Shown here: positions 13,401 to 26,686 of the stretch, one piece after another
Layout of the letters: every line of letters begins with the position of its first letter
How positions within the stretch are numbered: position 1 is the first letter of the stretch
Source: Octopus vulgaris
Lineage: Eukaryota
Assembly: GCA_951406725.2 (NCBI GenBank)
Contig: OX597827.1
Location: forward strand, 25,792,001-25,856,000
Length of the DNA stretch: 64,000 bases
Reading direction: 5' to 3'
Notes under the pieces: model-generated
Told to the model about the DNA's origin: nothing
The model's input: only the letters and a program-made list of their open reading frames with translations
Database searches by the model: none
Translations under genes and position numbers: made by a program

Positions 13401-15911
13401 ATTGTCATCTCTCTCTGGCGTAGTTAAAATAGATACCATTAATACGCTCTTTAGTCGACTGAATTGCCATTCCTCGTTTCCATTCCTCGTCTGTGGAACT
13501 CAGAGCTCATGTATAAATTCGTTACAATGTCTGCGATTGGTTGAAACGATAAAAAAATGTCTCTTTCCAAATTAAATCTTCTATCTCATTGACATTGAAT
13601 TTATATCTAAGATCGATTTCTAGCATTACGCTACAATCCATAAAAAGAGTGACAGAAGTGCACGAGACCCCCCCTACCTATAGTGTGTCTCGGAGATTTG
13701 AGCTTGTGAAAAGTCCAAACCAATAATTATCAGAAGCAGTAAAGGAAAGAAATATTTAACGATCCTTGATGTTATATCTATTTTCTAAAATCGACTGTTT
13801 TTCTTTTTTTCACTCGTTTAAATAAGTACTAAATTAACTCTGATTTCTTTTCCTCTAAGAATTGGTTGAATGCCAGCAAAATAAATCCGTATTTTTTATG
13901 TGTTAACCTCATGACATATCGAAGCAAAGTTTTTAAGTAATGTTTATGCGTTTATGGAAGTGAAAACAACGTTACACAAGCAGAATTTCTCTTTAAACAA
14001 AGAGTATTTGACTCGTACAGAAACACGCTAACCACAAATATGTCGCTATTAAGCATGGCAGACATGACAAATAACTCTATTTCACTCAACACAGACTTAC
14101 TAATGCCTTGAAAGAATGCCAGCGACTATGCAGAAGATTATTACATGAGAAATACTTGACAAAAGTACTTAAAGCAAAATAATGTCGTGCATTACGGTAT
14201 GTGTTCACCGGAAATTTAAATATAAAACTAAACAAACGATAGGAACGAAATTTCTTCGCAGGCACTCGATCTTGTTATTGCAATGAAACTTAACTCAAGT
14301 CACTTTCTCCACAAACGGACATATTGTATTTTTAATCGAAATTACATATTGTTTTTTTAAAAAATAGAATGGTTTCATTGAACATAAACAGAATGGTCAC
14401 ATCTGACACAGCTTTGATCATAGTTTTAGCTTAACCTTTCATGACTTTGGAGAAAACTGGTTGATGTCAGTTACTAGTGTACAATGTGACATGGTAAACA
14501 TAAGCAAGCTAGAAATTGAAATAGTGTTGTGTTTCGGCCTGAAATTCACATGTTGCATCTCATTTACCAAAGTTAATTCTATTATTATGATTACTTCATT
14601 CATATCTTGATTTTTCTAAAACAAGAGCCAATCAAAAGTCATGCTTTACTTACAAGGCATTCTCGAACTATGACGCGATTAGACATTATAGGCTAAATTT
14701 TTCCCTGATGTTGGCTAGTGAACTAAATCATAAGTTCAGCTTGCAGCCACAGATCCTAGTCATCACTAAACAGGTTTTAGCAAATATTTATTAGGTGCAT
14801 CTTCACAATATTCCATAATTATTATGTAAATGAAAGCTGTAACTTTAAATTTGAAACTTATAGCTGACTAAGTATTTGGGTCCTTTATGGAAAGCTGTTA
14901 AATATTAAATCAGTTTCAATTGCTGTCTTCAGCACGCGTAAGTCTAAATCCTATGGTATACGATTTGGATTGCGCATAAGTTATTATGTTATACATTGTT
15001 TAGGAGTTAAGAAAAAGAAGAGACTATTATCATTATAGACTTTCCCAGAATGGTGTTATTAATGTAACCCATACCCAGCGTAGATATCTACAATTACAGT
15101 CATGTAAGTGGATAAGAAACAAGCAATCAGGTCTGAATCAATTCCCCGGAGTGAGGTCTTATAAATTTATCCAAAGACATAAATGAAATTGCCGCTGATT
15201 AGATTCAGATCAGCGTTTATCTGAAAGAAGTTATCATCAAAAGCGTTTCAGACATGACCACTTCGTCTATTCGCCTGTCAATGAATTAATTATACAATGC
15301 GTCTTGTTGTTTATGAATGTGATGTTTGAAATGAAGATTTAATAGGCATTTCTCGCAGGTTAAATGATCGAACGTTCTCTCAATGTGGTAATCTCGGAAT
15401 GAGCAACGACTTAAATTTTCACCATTAGAAAAATTAGGAATAGTTTTATAAAGCTGATCATTGCGAGACAGTTACTAAATTTCAAGCAAATCGCTCTTGT
15501 AAAATATAACATTTCCAATACGAGACATCATAACTGGACAGCTAGGAAAGTCTCAATTATTTATTAATTTAAACACAAAGTAAATAACAGATTCATCTGA
15601 AAGATAAGGGAACTCAATGAGACATGTATAATTTATTATAAAATTGAAATGAATTAATTATCAAAGTGCTGACGCAGGCCGTTAATTAGCAAAACATATA
15701 TGGTGCTGATTTGAATGAACGGAAATTAGTTATATATCTTAAAAGTAGATACAAAAGGCGCGAGCGTTGTTGTAGGGTAAGATGTTTGCTTCCTAAGCGC
15801 ATGATTCCGTGTTCAGTCCCACTGCGTAACACTTTCTGCCGTTTTAGCGGATGTGGTAGATGCAAATTTAAAGGAGCCGGTCGTTTATGTGTATGTATAT
15901 ATATATATATA

Positions 15912-18105
15912 TTAGGGTTATAACTATACTACATTTCGATGAATAATTTCATAAAAGTCAGGAAACTAAAATCTATTTTGCTTTATTTAAAAAAAAAAAA
16001 CGTCACTCCAGCTTGAGAAATCGAACACCACTTTTGACCCAAATCATGCAAAATTCTAGGGGGTGGTTCATAACATCAGCTCAAGCTTTTACCAAACTTG
16101 GTTTGTTGACTCAATGCAATGCAGAAATAGTATATTTGAAATTTCAGCTTTCTAGTATTTTCTGAGTTATGGACTTTTAAAACTATAAACACTAGGTAGC
16201 ATTAGATTCACACTTCAGTATTTCCGCTGCCTAAATCCTTGTAAACGCGAAAGAGATTTGGAATAAATGTGTATTTATCCTTTTTTAAGATTACTGAATT
16301 GAAATTGCTCCATGCAAAGGTTCGAAACTAGGCTATTTTAAGACAAAGGCTACTACAAGCATTCGATAACATACAAAATTAAAAACAATGCATATTTTTA
16401 ACTTTATAGGTTTAATTCCAATTCTAAATAACTGTATATAAAAAAGAATGATGAATGTTAGCAAATTTTTAAACAACAAAGAATTAATATGTTTTATTAG
16501 ATAAAATAAATCGAAGCTGAAGTTTCTCCTTTTTACAAATATCATAAAGATTTTGAAGGCAGTTGATTGCCTGTTCTGCACTCTGATTTGTTCTAGGTAT
16601 TTCCAGTTTTGATGGTACCAGACTCCAAACGTTTTTATAGAGTTCAATGCTTTTTTTATGAACTTGAAGGCTACCACATAACTTCTGATAATCATGTACA
16701 ACTCTTTTCTCTTGTAGAAGAATATATGCTAAAAGTGCTAGTATTGCTCGAAAATTCCATCTTGCATTAGATAAGTTGGGTATTTTCGAAACTTTACAGT
16801 AGTAAAGTTGCCGGTTTATTCAAAGAAACGAAAATCTCTGATCAAAGGAAACAGAAATTTCATGTCATCTCGCCATTCTGCTGATTCAGTAATCTTTTCT
16901 TCACCATTGTTGAAATTAACCTGGAGTTTCTCGTAATTACTTAGACGTTCTGGGATGAATGTATATTCAATATTGGGAGATGACTTTTTCTCCATGTTCG
17001 TTATCCATTACAAAACGAAGAACTCTGTCTAACAAGCAATAAATTGCGGTTCTTTGAAAGCCTTTTGATCAAGGTCTTTGCAACTGAATAACAATGCCAT
17101 TTCTTTTCCCAGTGTTCACACTCGCTCCATCAGCGACAATCATCTTTACACAGTTCCATAAATTGTATTCATCTAAAACAGCTGTTATTCCTTTTACAAT
17201 TGTATCGGCATTTCTGATTAGTAATTGGAGTGTTTCTAACTTAACTTCTCATTGTTCATTCTTTAAAACTAGCACTTGGTATTCTTGGTCACCAATACGT
17301 TTACCATAAAAATGCAATGATCGGTTTTCTAAATTAAGTGTTTTATTCATATTCTTTTTTAGTTTAAAATCTTTTTTGATAGTTGACCTGTAAATACCAT
17401 ATTGGGAAGGAGTCTCGACGTAGATTTCAACTTGAGATAATTGTCAACAAACCGTTACTGCTTTTAGGGTTGATAGCTTGGAAAATATTACTAACTTGGC
17501 TGCAGTTCCAGCGTTGCTATACTTCCTCCTTGCTTGTGTGGATTCTTCATCTGATTTTTCGGACTCTTGATATTCACTTTCGGTCTCTGCTTCAGACGTG
17601 GACGATGACACTGGAATTGCTCTGGTTGAAGTTGGCACTAAGGATATTTTTCTTCTTTTAGATGGATGGATAGTTTTGGAAGTGGCTGCCTTTCCACTTC
17701 CATACCAAACCTGTACCTTGCTTTCAATTTGAAGATAATATAACCTTCTATCCTCACTGCACAGCCATTCACCGTTTTCCTTTGTGATATCAAAAATTCC
17801 TTTCAATGAATTGTATTTTCTTCGTTTTACACATTTATCGTTGCTTGTACATTTTGAATTGATGAATATAGAAAATATAATTTCTTTTCCCATAAAAAAA
17901 ATTACTTCTTTCGAAATTCCTTTTGTTTTTTCTTTCCCTTCTTTGATGGTAACTCCAAGGAACAAGTAGCGACCGACAATTTCAAGTTTCAATGCTATAC
18001 TGCAGTTGTTTTCCAAAGAACGCTCTTCTAGAGGAACAGGTCTTCTTTTCCTGTGTGAATCTTGAAATTGCATGAGATTCTTTTCCAAGATATTTTTGTA
18101 ACTTT
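15912..18105 (-). mobile_element. hATm-like DNA transposon remnant (degenerate transposase)
   Basis: Minus-strand fragments WLCSEDRRLYYLQ, MIVADGASVNTGKRNGIV, LDRVLRFVMD, EWRDDMKFL, IPNLSNARWN. A TTAGGGT terminus at 15912; the other end is truncated. Confidence 0.7.
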
Positions 18106-18140
18106 GAGTGACACAAAAACGGAGACGGAAAAAAGCTCGC

Positions 18141-18182
<42 letters not shown>

Positions 18183-19510
18183 TATTTGTGTGTGTGCGTG
18201 TATATGTGTGTGTGTGCATATGTTTGTGTGCCTGTATTTGTCCGCCCCAACATCGCTTGACAACCGATGCTGGTGTGTTTACGTCCCCTTCACCTAGCAT
18301 TTCGGCAAAAGGACCGATAGAATAAGTACTAGGCTCACAAAGACTAAGTCCTGGGATCCATTTGCTCGAATAATGGCGGTGCTCCAGCATGGCCGCATTC
18401 AAATGACTGAAGCAAATAAAAGAATAAACTACTATTTTCTATTTTCTCTCCCTGTTTATTTTGGACGACGTCTCGTTTCACCTACAACACTAAGATGTGA
18501 ATTCCTAGGTGAAGAATCCCACAACTATTAATACTAGCACGCATAACTCCAAAAAAATTAAAATGACGAAAACACTATCCATTCAGTTTGGTTAATCCCT
18601 CAGCTACACTTCGAAACAGCTGCGAATAAGGAGACTGATGAAACTGCACCGAAAAGATACCAGGTTGCATATGCAACAGTGTGCAGTCGATGCAGCTGAA
18701 ATGCGAGTAGGTTCGGTAAAGGATGATGCAATTAACTGTTATACAAAATTATGGATGTGAAAAATCTCCGTTCTCCTTATCCTTATTATCTGGTTTTGTG
18801 GTAAGACGCTTGCTTCCCAAACACATGGTTCCAGGTTCAGTACCACTGCGTGACACTTTCATTGAATTTGGTACACGGAAACTGGAGGAAACCCGTCATG
18901 TATATATACATATATACATATTCATCTATGTGTTTGTGTCTGTGTTTATTCCCCCTCCACGCCTTCGCTTTACAAACGATGCACGTGTGTTTACGTCCTC
19001 GTAAAGGAGCGCTTCGGGAAAGGAGGACGATAGAATAAATAATATAAATACTAGGCTTGCAAAGGACAAGTCCTGGAGTCGATTTCTACGACTAAAACTC
19101 TTTGAGGCTATGTTCTAGCATAGCGGCAGTCAAATGATTGAAACATATAAAATCACATGTTTTTAAGTTCAGTCCCGCTGCGTGTCAACTTGGGCAAGTC
19201 TCTTCTACTAAACCCTCGGGCCGACCAAAGCGTTGTGAGTTGAGTTGGTAGACGGAAACTGAAAGGAGCCTGTCATATAAATATTTATATCTGTGTGTGT
19301 GTGTATACGTTTGTGTGTGTGATTTTGTCCACCCACCAGCGCTTGGTAACTGATGCTGGTTTGTTCACGTCCCCGTAACTTAGCGGTTCAACAAAAGACA
19401 CTGATGGAATCTGTACTAGGCTTACAAAGAATAAGTCCTACGCTCGATTTCTTCGACTAAAGGTGGTGCTCCAGCATGGCCACAGTCAAATGACTGAAAC
19501 AAATAAAAGA
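18105..19510 (+). mobile_element. Cluster of three SINE family B copies (bipartite, internal microsatellite)
   Basis: Copies at ~18105-18425, 18790-19150 and 19150-19510 share ...gcggttcggcaaaag..accgatagaataagtactaggcttacaaag...ctccagcatggcc.cagtcaaatgactgaaac. Confidence 0.8.
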
Positions 19511-19571
19511 ATATGCTGATATATATATATATATATATATCTATACAATATGTTACATTACTCGGTAGTCA

Positions 19572-19634
19572 AGATAAAACTCTGAGTTTCAGATGCCGAA
19601 GTGGAAATCCACAACACCATCTCTTCGGTTATCT
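19572..19634 (-). ncRNA. Hammerhead-like motif (variant core CCGAAGA) in PLE 3' UTR, left arm
   Basis: Stem I agataa/ttatct, CCGAAGA, stem II gatg..gtgga/tccac..catc, GAAACTCAGAGT-T. Confidence 0.65.
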
Positions 19635-19828
19635 GGCTATTTGAAAACGTTATGAAAAAATACCGTTAAAAATGAAGGGAAATTACTCTGTTATAACTCT
19701 GCTTTGCCTGCGTACTTATACATCGCTCGCATTTTTCGTCATAAAAATTATATAAAAATACATAAAAATATATAAAAATATATAAAAATATATAAAATCT
19801 TCTTGGGACATAACACAGAAAGCATGTT

Positions 19829-21080
19829 CTATCCGTTTTCTTTAGGGGACCAAAAACGTAACAGAAATTTAGTCACATATGGGCATGATCCGAAAAGCTC
19901 TGTCCTTGTATTTAGACATGTGGTAGGGTCTAAGCTGCTTTTCCAGATAAGCCATCTCTCCATGTCGCATAAACCGCACCTTCCGCTGCCGTTAGTATAG
20001 GGCTTACATCTGGCCAAAATCTTCCATTGTATGTTATAATCGACACCTTTATCTCTTAAAGACCAAATATGATTGGATAATTGTGTCGCTTTTCTTTTGT
20101 TCCAGTGCCTAAAGCTCAAAGTGTGGTTATTGAACCTGGCCTTGAAATTACCCTCTGTCAGGCCCACGTATTTCTTCGTCGAAACGGTGTCTTTAGTGGT
20201 TATAGAGTTTACGGTAGCTTCATATATGATGGTCTTGGACATGCAAGCTCCATTTAGCGGGCACAATTCTTTATTCCTGCATGAACAGCTGTTTTCTTCT
20301 TGTGTTTTTTGTATGTTATGATTGATTATGTTTTTAAAATTGGTAGTTGAACTAAAACTAATTTTTAAATTGTGTCTATTGAAGAGTTTCCTATAAGCAT
20401 GGTTAACTGGAAAATGTCTATCTATCAGTGCTAGGAAATATTTACCTATATTGAAGGCCACCTCGGGTGAGTAAGGGGGCGTAAACCAGATGACCTTCCT
20501 ATTTCTATTATTCCTTTTCCTTATTGTTGGGCTGGTGATAGGTGTATATTTTATGTTTTCGCTAAAACCACTATCTTTTAAAGCTTTATTATAAACTGGG
20601 GCAACGCTATTGAAGATGTCCTCATTAGATGAGAGGCTAGAAATCCTCTTACTAATATTTTTAACTAAATTTTTGAATACTATAGGGGGATGGCATGAAC
20701 CTACATTAATATAACTTAGTCTATCATTGGGCTTCCTATAAGGCTTATAAATATTATTATTAAGATCTAAAGAAACGTCTAAGAAATTGACAACCGTCAG
20801 GTTAGTGTCTATAGTTATACTAAGTCCGAAGTGTTTCATTAACTGGATAATATCCTTCCTAAAACGATCTTGTGCTGGTCCATTTGTATTAGCTGTTAAG
20901 GCGAGGGCATCATCTTTGTAGATGGCGAAATGTACGTTAGGGAATGTCTTACTGAAGGTATCTAGGAGAAAGAGTCCAATTAGATCACAGATGCCTGCCC
21001 CATCATATGAACCCATGCTCACATCGAAAGCGCCCTCCGTGTCGGTGTTTTTTACCCACTTTGCATTCTCACTGAAAAGT
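19829..21080 (-). CDS. PLE reverse transcriptase (C-terminal part) plus GIY-YIG endonuclease; open but 5'-truncated
   Basis: FDVSMGSYDGA, IYKDD, VNFLDV, YRKPN, CSCRNKELCPLNGAC, IIYEA...KYVGLT...FKARF..H, CGLCDME...LN.R.E. The motif style resembles the Naiad-type PLE group (inference). Confidence 0.9.
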
Positions 21081-22317
21081 AATGCAAAGTGGGTAAAAAC
21101 ACCGACACGGAGGGCGCTTTCGATGTGAGCATGGGTTCATATGATGGGGCAGGCATCTGTGATCTAATTGGACTCTTTCTCCTAGATACCTTCAGTAAGA
21201 CATTCCCTAACGTACATTTCGCCATCTACAAAGATGATGCCCTCGCCTTAACAGCTAATACAAATGGACCAGCACAAGATCGTTTTCGGAAGGATATTAT
21301 CCAGTTAATGAAACACTTCGGACTTAGTATAACTATAGACACTAACCTGACGGTTGTCAATTTCTTAGACGTTTCTTTAGATCTTAATAATAATATTTAT
21401 AAGCCTTATAGGAAGCCCAATGATAGACTAAGTTATATTAATGTAGGTTCATGCCATCCCCCTATAGTATTCAAAAATTTAGTTAAAAATATTAGTAAGA
21501 GGATTTCTAGCCTCTCATCTAATGAGGACATCTTCAATAGCGTTGCCCCAGTTTATAATAAAGCTTTAAAAGATAGTGGTTTTAGCGAAAACATAAAATA
21601 TACACCTATCACCAGCCCAACAATAAGGAAAAGGAATAATAGAAATAGGAAGGTCATCTGGTTTACGCCCCTTACTCACCCGAGGTGGCCTTCAATATAG
21701 GTAAATATTTCCTAGCACTGATAGATAGACATTTTCCAGTTAACCATGCTTATAGGAAACTCTTCAATAGACACAATTTATAAATTAGTTTTAGTTCAAC
21801 TACCAATTTTAAAAACATAATCAATCATAACATACAAAAAACACAAGAAGAAAACAGCTGTTCATGCAGGAATAAAGAATTGTGCCCGCTAAATGGAGCT
21901 TGCATGTCCAAGACCATCATATATGAAGCTACCGTAAACTCTATAACCACTAAAGACACCGTTTCGACGAAGAAATACGTGGGCCTGACAGAGGGTAATT
22001 TCAAGGCCAGGTTCAATAACCACACTTTGAGCTTTAGGCACTGGAACAAAAGAAAAGCGACACAATTATCCAATCATATTTGGTCTTTAAGAGATAAAGG
22101 TGTCGATTATAACATACAATGGAAGATTTTGGCCAGATGTAAGCCCTATACTAACGGCAGCGGAAGGTGCGGTTTATGCGACATGGAGAGATGGCTTATC
22201 TGGAAAAGCAGCTTAGACCCTACCACATGTCTAAATACAAGGACAGAGCTTTTCGGATCATGCCCACATGTGACTAAATTTCTGTTACGTTTTTGGTCCC
22301 CTAAAGAAAACGGATAG
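21081..22317 (+). pseudogene. Second (forward) copy of the PLE ORF, with frameshifts and a stop
   Basis: Same protein as the minus copy, but with 1-bp deletions near 21095 and 21670 and an AAA>TAA change near 21781. Confidence 0.9.
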
Positions 22318-22511
22318 AACATGCTTTCTGTGTTATGTCCCAAGAAGATTTTATATATTTTTATATATTTTTATATATTTTTATGTATTTTTATATAATT
22401 TTTATGACGAAAAATGCGAGCGATGTATAAGTACGCAGGCAAAGCAGAGTTATAACAGAGTAATTTCCCTTCATTTTTAACGGTATTTTTTCATAACGTT
22501 TTCAAATAGCC

Positions 22512-22574
22512 AGATAACCGAAGAGATGGTGTTGTGGATTTCCACTTCGGCATCTGAAACTCAGGGTTTTATCT
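22512..22574 (+). ncRNA. Hammerhead-like motif (variant core CCGAAGA) in PLE 3' UTR, right arm
   Basis: Same as the left arm, but stem III reads ACTCAGGGT. Confidence 0.62.
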
Positions 22575-22670
22575 TGACTACCGAGTAATGTAACATATTG
22601 TATAGATAAATTTCCTCTATTTACATAATATTGAGGTCTCTTTCTTTCTTTTGTTATCTTACCGTTTTAT

Positions 22671-22730
<60 letters not shown>

Positions 22731-22854
22731 ATGTGTGTGTATATATATATATTTGTACAATCAGTAAATTGTCGCCATATTTTATTTTTTATTTCGCACA
22801 TGCGCTTTGTGTAATTTGGATTGTGTCGACTAAACTATATACTAGGGTCAGTCT

Positions 22855-23446
22855 GTGAGAAAGACAGCACAGAGAGTGATAAAAATCATGCATCCAGTCA
22901 ACATCATAGTGTTTGGTGACGTTATGCCCACATTCATTTTCCCACACGGCCTCAGACTCAACACGGAGTCCTATATCATGTGCCTGGAGGAGTTAGTGCC
23001 GCCCTGGGTGAAGTGGGTGTCTGCTGGAAGACCCTATGTTTGGCAACAAGTCTCTACACCATGCCACACAAGCTGGAGAAACCAGTTATGGCTGTCAGAC
23101 AATTTCGGAAACCATATCATTCCTAACATTCGGCTACCTGACTCCCCAGACTGTAACCCCCTTGATTATTATTATGTGTGAGGCGCAGTTGAATGAGAGA
23201 CGAACAAAACTTCATGTAACGCCAAAGATGAACTTAAACAAGGAGACCGTTCTGAAGAGTTGCAGGAGATTCCGAAGTCGTCTTGAGGCCACGGTTGAAA
23301 CCAACGGTGTTTTTATTGAATAAATTTTCTCATTAGTATTTAAAGATAATTTTGTGTAATTTTGGTGAATATATCTGTCAAAATGAGATGTCAGTGTTAT
23401 TTTAATTTTTTCGTAATTTAGACAACAATTTATTCACCGTACCCTG
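22855..23446 (+). mobile_element. maT/DD37D-like transposon 3' remnant
   Basis: RPYVWQQ.STPCHTS...PDSPDCNPLDYYV. The right end is ...caccgtaccctg followed by TA. Confidence 0.75.
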
Positions 23447-23984
23447 TATATATACACACACACATGCACACACATACACACACACACACACAGGTGTATG
23501 TAAGTATGTTTGCGTGTGTGTGAATGTCCAAAGTTATATTGGAGCCGTATTGTACTTGGGCGAAACAATTTTAATTTTAAAAAAATGTTCCAGTCTTTTG
23601 TCCATGACTGAATGTGCGTGTGTCTTTGTCTGTGGCTTTGTGTTTGCCTCACCTCCTCCGCACTTTGACTGTGGTTGTTGGTTTGTTTACATCTCCATAA
23701 CTAGCGTCCGAATAAAAGTGACCGATAGAATAGATAAACGACTTTAAAAACATAGAGACCGGAGTCGAATCGTTCGACTAAACTCTCCAAGACGTTGCCT
23801 AAGCATGGCCGCAGACTTCTGTCTAAATAAGTAAAGGATTAACGGCAAACAATGAAGGATAACGCAATTTGAGAGACAATATTAGTAGGAATATAGCTTT
23901 AAAAAATGTTTTTTAATAAAAACCGTTGCGGGTTGGCGACATTTTATTTTGCTTTGAAAATAAATTGAACCAAGGATAAAATAT

Positions 23985-24146
23985 CGATTGATTTTCGTTA
24001 TTTTTCCTCTCTGCCTGCGTGGATTGTTTGTGAGTACTTTGTTTTTGTCCGGGAATCTCTTTTTAAAGTAGAGGAAATAGCTAAGGGTCTCTGGCTGCTA
24101 TTTCTAAACTTCGGTATGCGGTAAAGCAAATCTTTGCTGAACCCTA

Positions 24147-24152
<6 letters not shown>
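23985..24152 (+). mobile_element. 5'-truncated PLE-type 3' tail ending in (TA)n
   Basis: Homologous to 48560-48710 (ctgctatttctaaa..tcggtatg.ggt.aagcaa..tttgctgaacccta), which follows a hammerhead. Confidence 0.65.
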
Positions 24153-24192
<40 letters not shown>

Positions 24193-26686
24193 TATAAAAT
24201 ATATTTAGTATGTGTGTATATATATGTATATACATACATATATACATATAGAGTGAGAGACAGAGAGACAAAGAGAGAGATGCTGGTATGTGTGTGTGTG
24301 TGTTCTTGTACAATATTTTCTAATTTAGAATTTAAAAAATTTAATGCTAGATTACAGACGTGTTTGCTGCGCGGGTGGTTAAGAGCAGGAATTCACAGAG
24401 GGGGATGGTGTGAGAGAGAAAACAGCACCAACGCTGACCAAAGCGCAGAGTGAAGGAGCAAGCTGTACGCTAACGCCAGTTTAAATATGCAGTTGTAACT
24501 GCTGCTAAAAGCAAGCATTCATTCTCGCTTGCAACTGGATATTTTCGACCATCTGCACAGTGGTCAGTGTTTAGTGGTCGAAATTACTACAAAAGCGACA
24601 TCAGATACAGTTTTCTTTTGATATTGTGTCGAAGCTTTTCTTGTATTATTTTGTTTGATTTCGAATGTAATAATAAAAATAAAGCATTAAAATTGTGTGT
24701 ATCTCTCTCTCGCTCTCTCTACCTTGCTTCACTGCTTTAATAAATAATATAAATATTAGATATGCGCGCGTGCTTACGTATATATATAGCGTGTGTAAGT
24801 ATGTGTGTATATACATGTGTGTTTGTGTATGTATTTTATCTAAGTAAAGAGGCTTGTGTGGGTGTATTAGCGAGTGAATAAATAAATATGCTTGAACGAG
24901 AATTTTATTTTCGATATTATTGTGTTTGTTGCTTATTCGCGTGTTTCCATCTATGAAATACAACTCTCACAGCCAGTAAATCTATTCAACATAATTATGC
25001 TTATATATATATATATGTTGTGTATGTAAGGAAATTAATAGAAGACACACCACACGCACACACACACGCAGAACACGCACATATACACACACATACACAC
25101 GCAATACCCATAAGGCTGTTCTGTAGACACGTCTGTCTTATCTGAATCGACGGTTTTCGAGACTCCCAATGTAAATAAAACGCAGCAAGCAGTAAAACAC
25201 GTTTGTAGAAGCCACGTCCCGTATATATCGAGATAAAGAGAATCAATAACGTTATTAAACGAGAACTGATAGGTTGGCGAAATCTCAGGAAAATGGTATT
25301 TGTCGGTGCTTAAAGTTATATAAGGTAAATGTCATCTTAAGTTTAGTAAAACTAGTCCAGACTGAGAATCTATAAAGAACCAAAATAAAAAAAAAGAACT
25401 TTGAATGCTTTCGCGTGTGTTTGTCCAGTTCTGTTTGGTTTCTTATTCTTCAGCTTCAGACATGTTTTGTGCTGAACAAATTGATAGTATTAAGGACTCG
25501 TATGTCAAACACAAATCCACTAATATTGGAGAGTAATGTAACTGAGTTAGTGGACATCCATACACATAGATTGTATTAATACTTACATTATCGATCCTTC
25601 GGTTACCAACATGATAAAGAAATAGAATATGACAACCAATTTACTAACATATCGTATTTTGTCTGTTAATTTATCGATAATAATCATAGTATATTATATA
25701 GAAACAGGGCAACAGTTTTGAGAGGAAGGCTGCGGTGGAGTTAATCGATGCTATCGTTTACAGTACTTGACTGGTATTTATTTTATCGACCATGGAGAGA
25801 TGAAAACAGAAGTTGGCCGTACCGGAATTCAAACACAGAACACAAACTATTAGAATGAATAATTCAGAACAACGACAATAATTATGATTCGAACTTTAAC
25901 AGAATGTTACTATTTCTGAATGAAGGGACACAAATCTGCATGGATAGGAACAAGAGTATTTTGTTTACTAAATATTAGTTAATAGACAATAAAATAGCAG
26001 AATTAAAGCGAAAAGAATCTGAACAGAAACAGCAATGAGTTGGGATTGAACACGGTGCTCTACTGAGTCTGCCATCCATTATTGTAATATTTCTTTCACC
26101 AGGTCAGAAGTTCGCGGGGTGGGAGAGGATTACAGTCGGTTATATAATTTCTAAATAGGTACAAGGCCTAAAATTTTGGTGGCGGGCTAAAAAATTCCAT
26201 CAACAACAGTACAAAACTAGTATTTATTTTATTGACCCCAAAGGACGAAAGCCAAATGGCGACATTTGAACTCTGTTTTTAAAGGCAGGCGAATTGCCGC
26301 TAAACATTCTGCCAGTTCGCCCTCTTATTTCAAGTGTGTTTCTTGAGTGGTAATTTAATTTGTCCACTCTGGATACGACGAAAAGCAAAACGTGCATTGA
26401 TGGTATTTTGGGACCCTGTCAGTAAATAACCCGAACAAATAATATAAGATATTTTAATCGATGCTCTACTGATTCACCGAAAACCCTAATTTCTTAACAG
26501 TTTATTCTATAAAAATGACAAAAATACTAATATATATTCTCATATATAAACGTTTCTATTCCCCAAAACATATGAAGAACGAATCGTGGCAAGAAGCACA
26601 ACAAATAATACAGTCAATCACGCATATAGATTTCTTGGTTTGATTTATCCAACATATAACCAACAGTCAGGGTAGATGTATTTTAA

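Larger units (their letters stand above)
19538..22673. mobile_element. Penelope-like element, 5'-truncated, as a 3.1 kb head-to-head inverted duplication
   Basis: Arms 19538-21067 and 21081-22608, 13-nt spacer, unduplicated tail 22609-22673, (TA)n on both sides. Confidence 0.95.
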
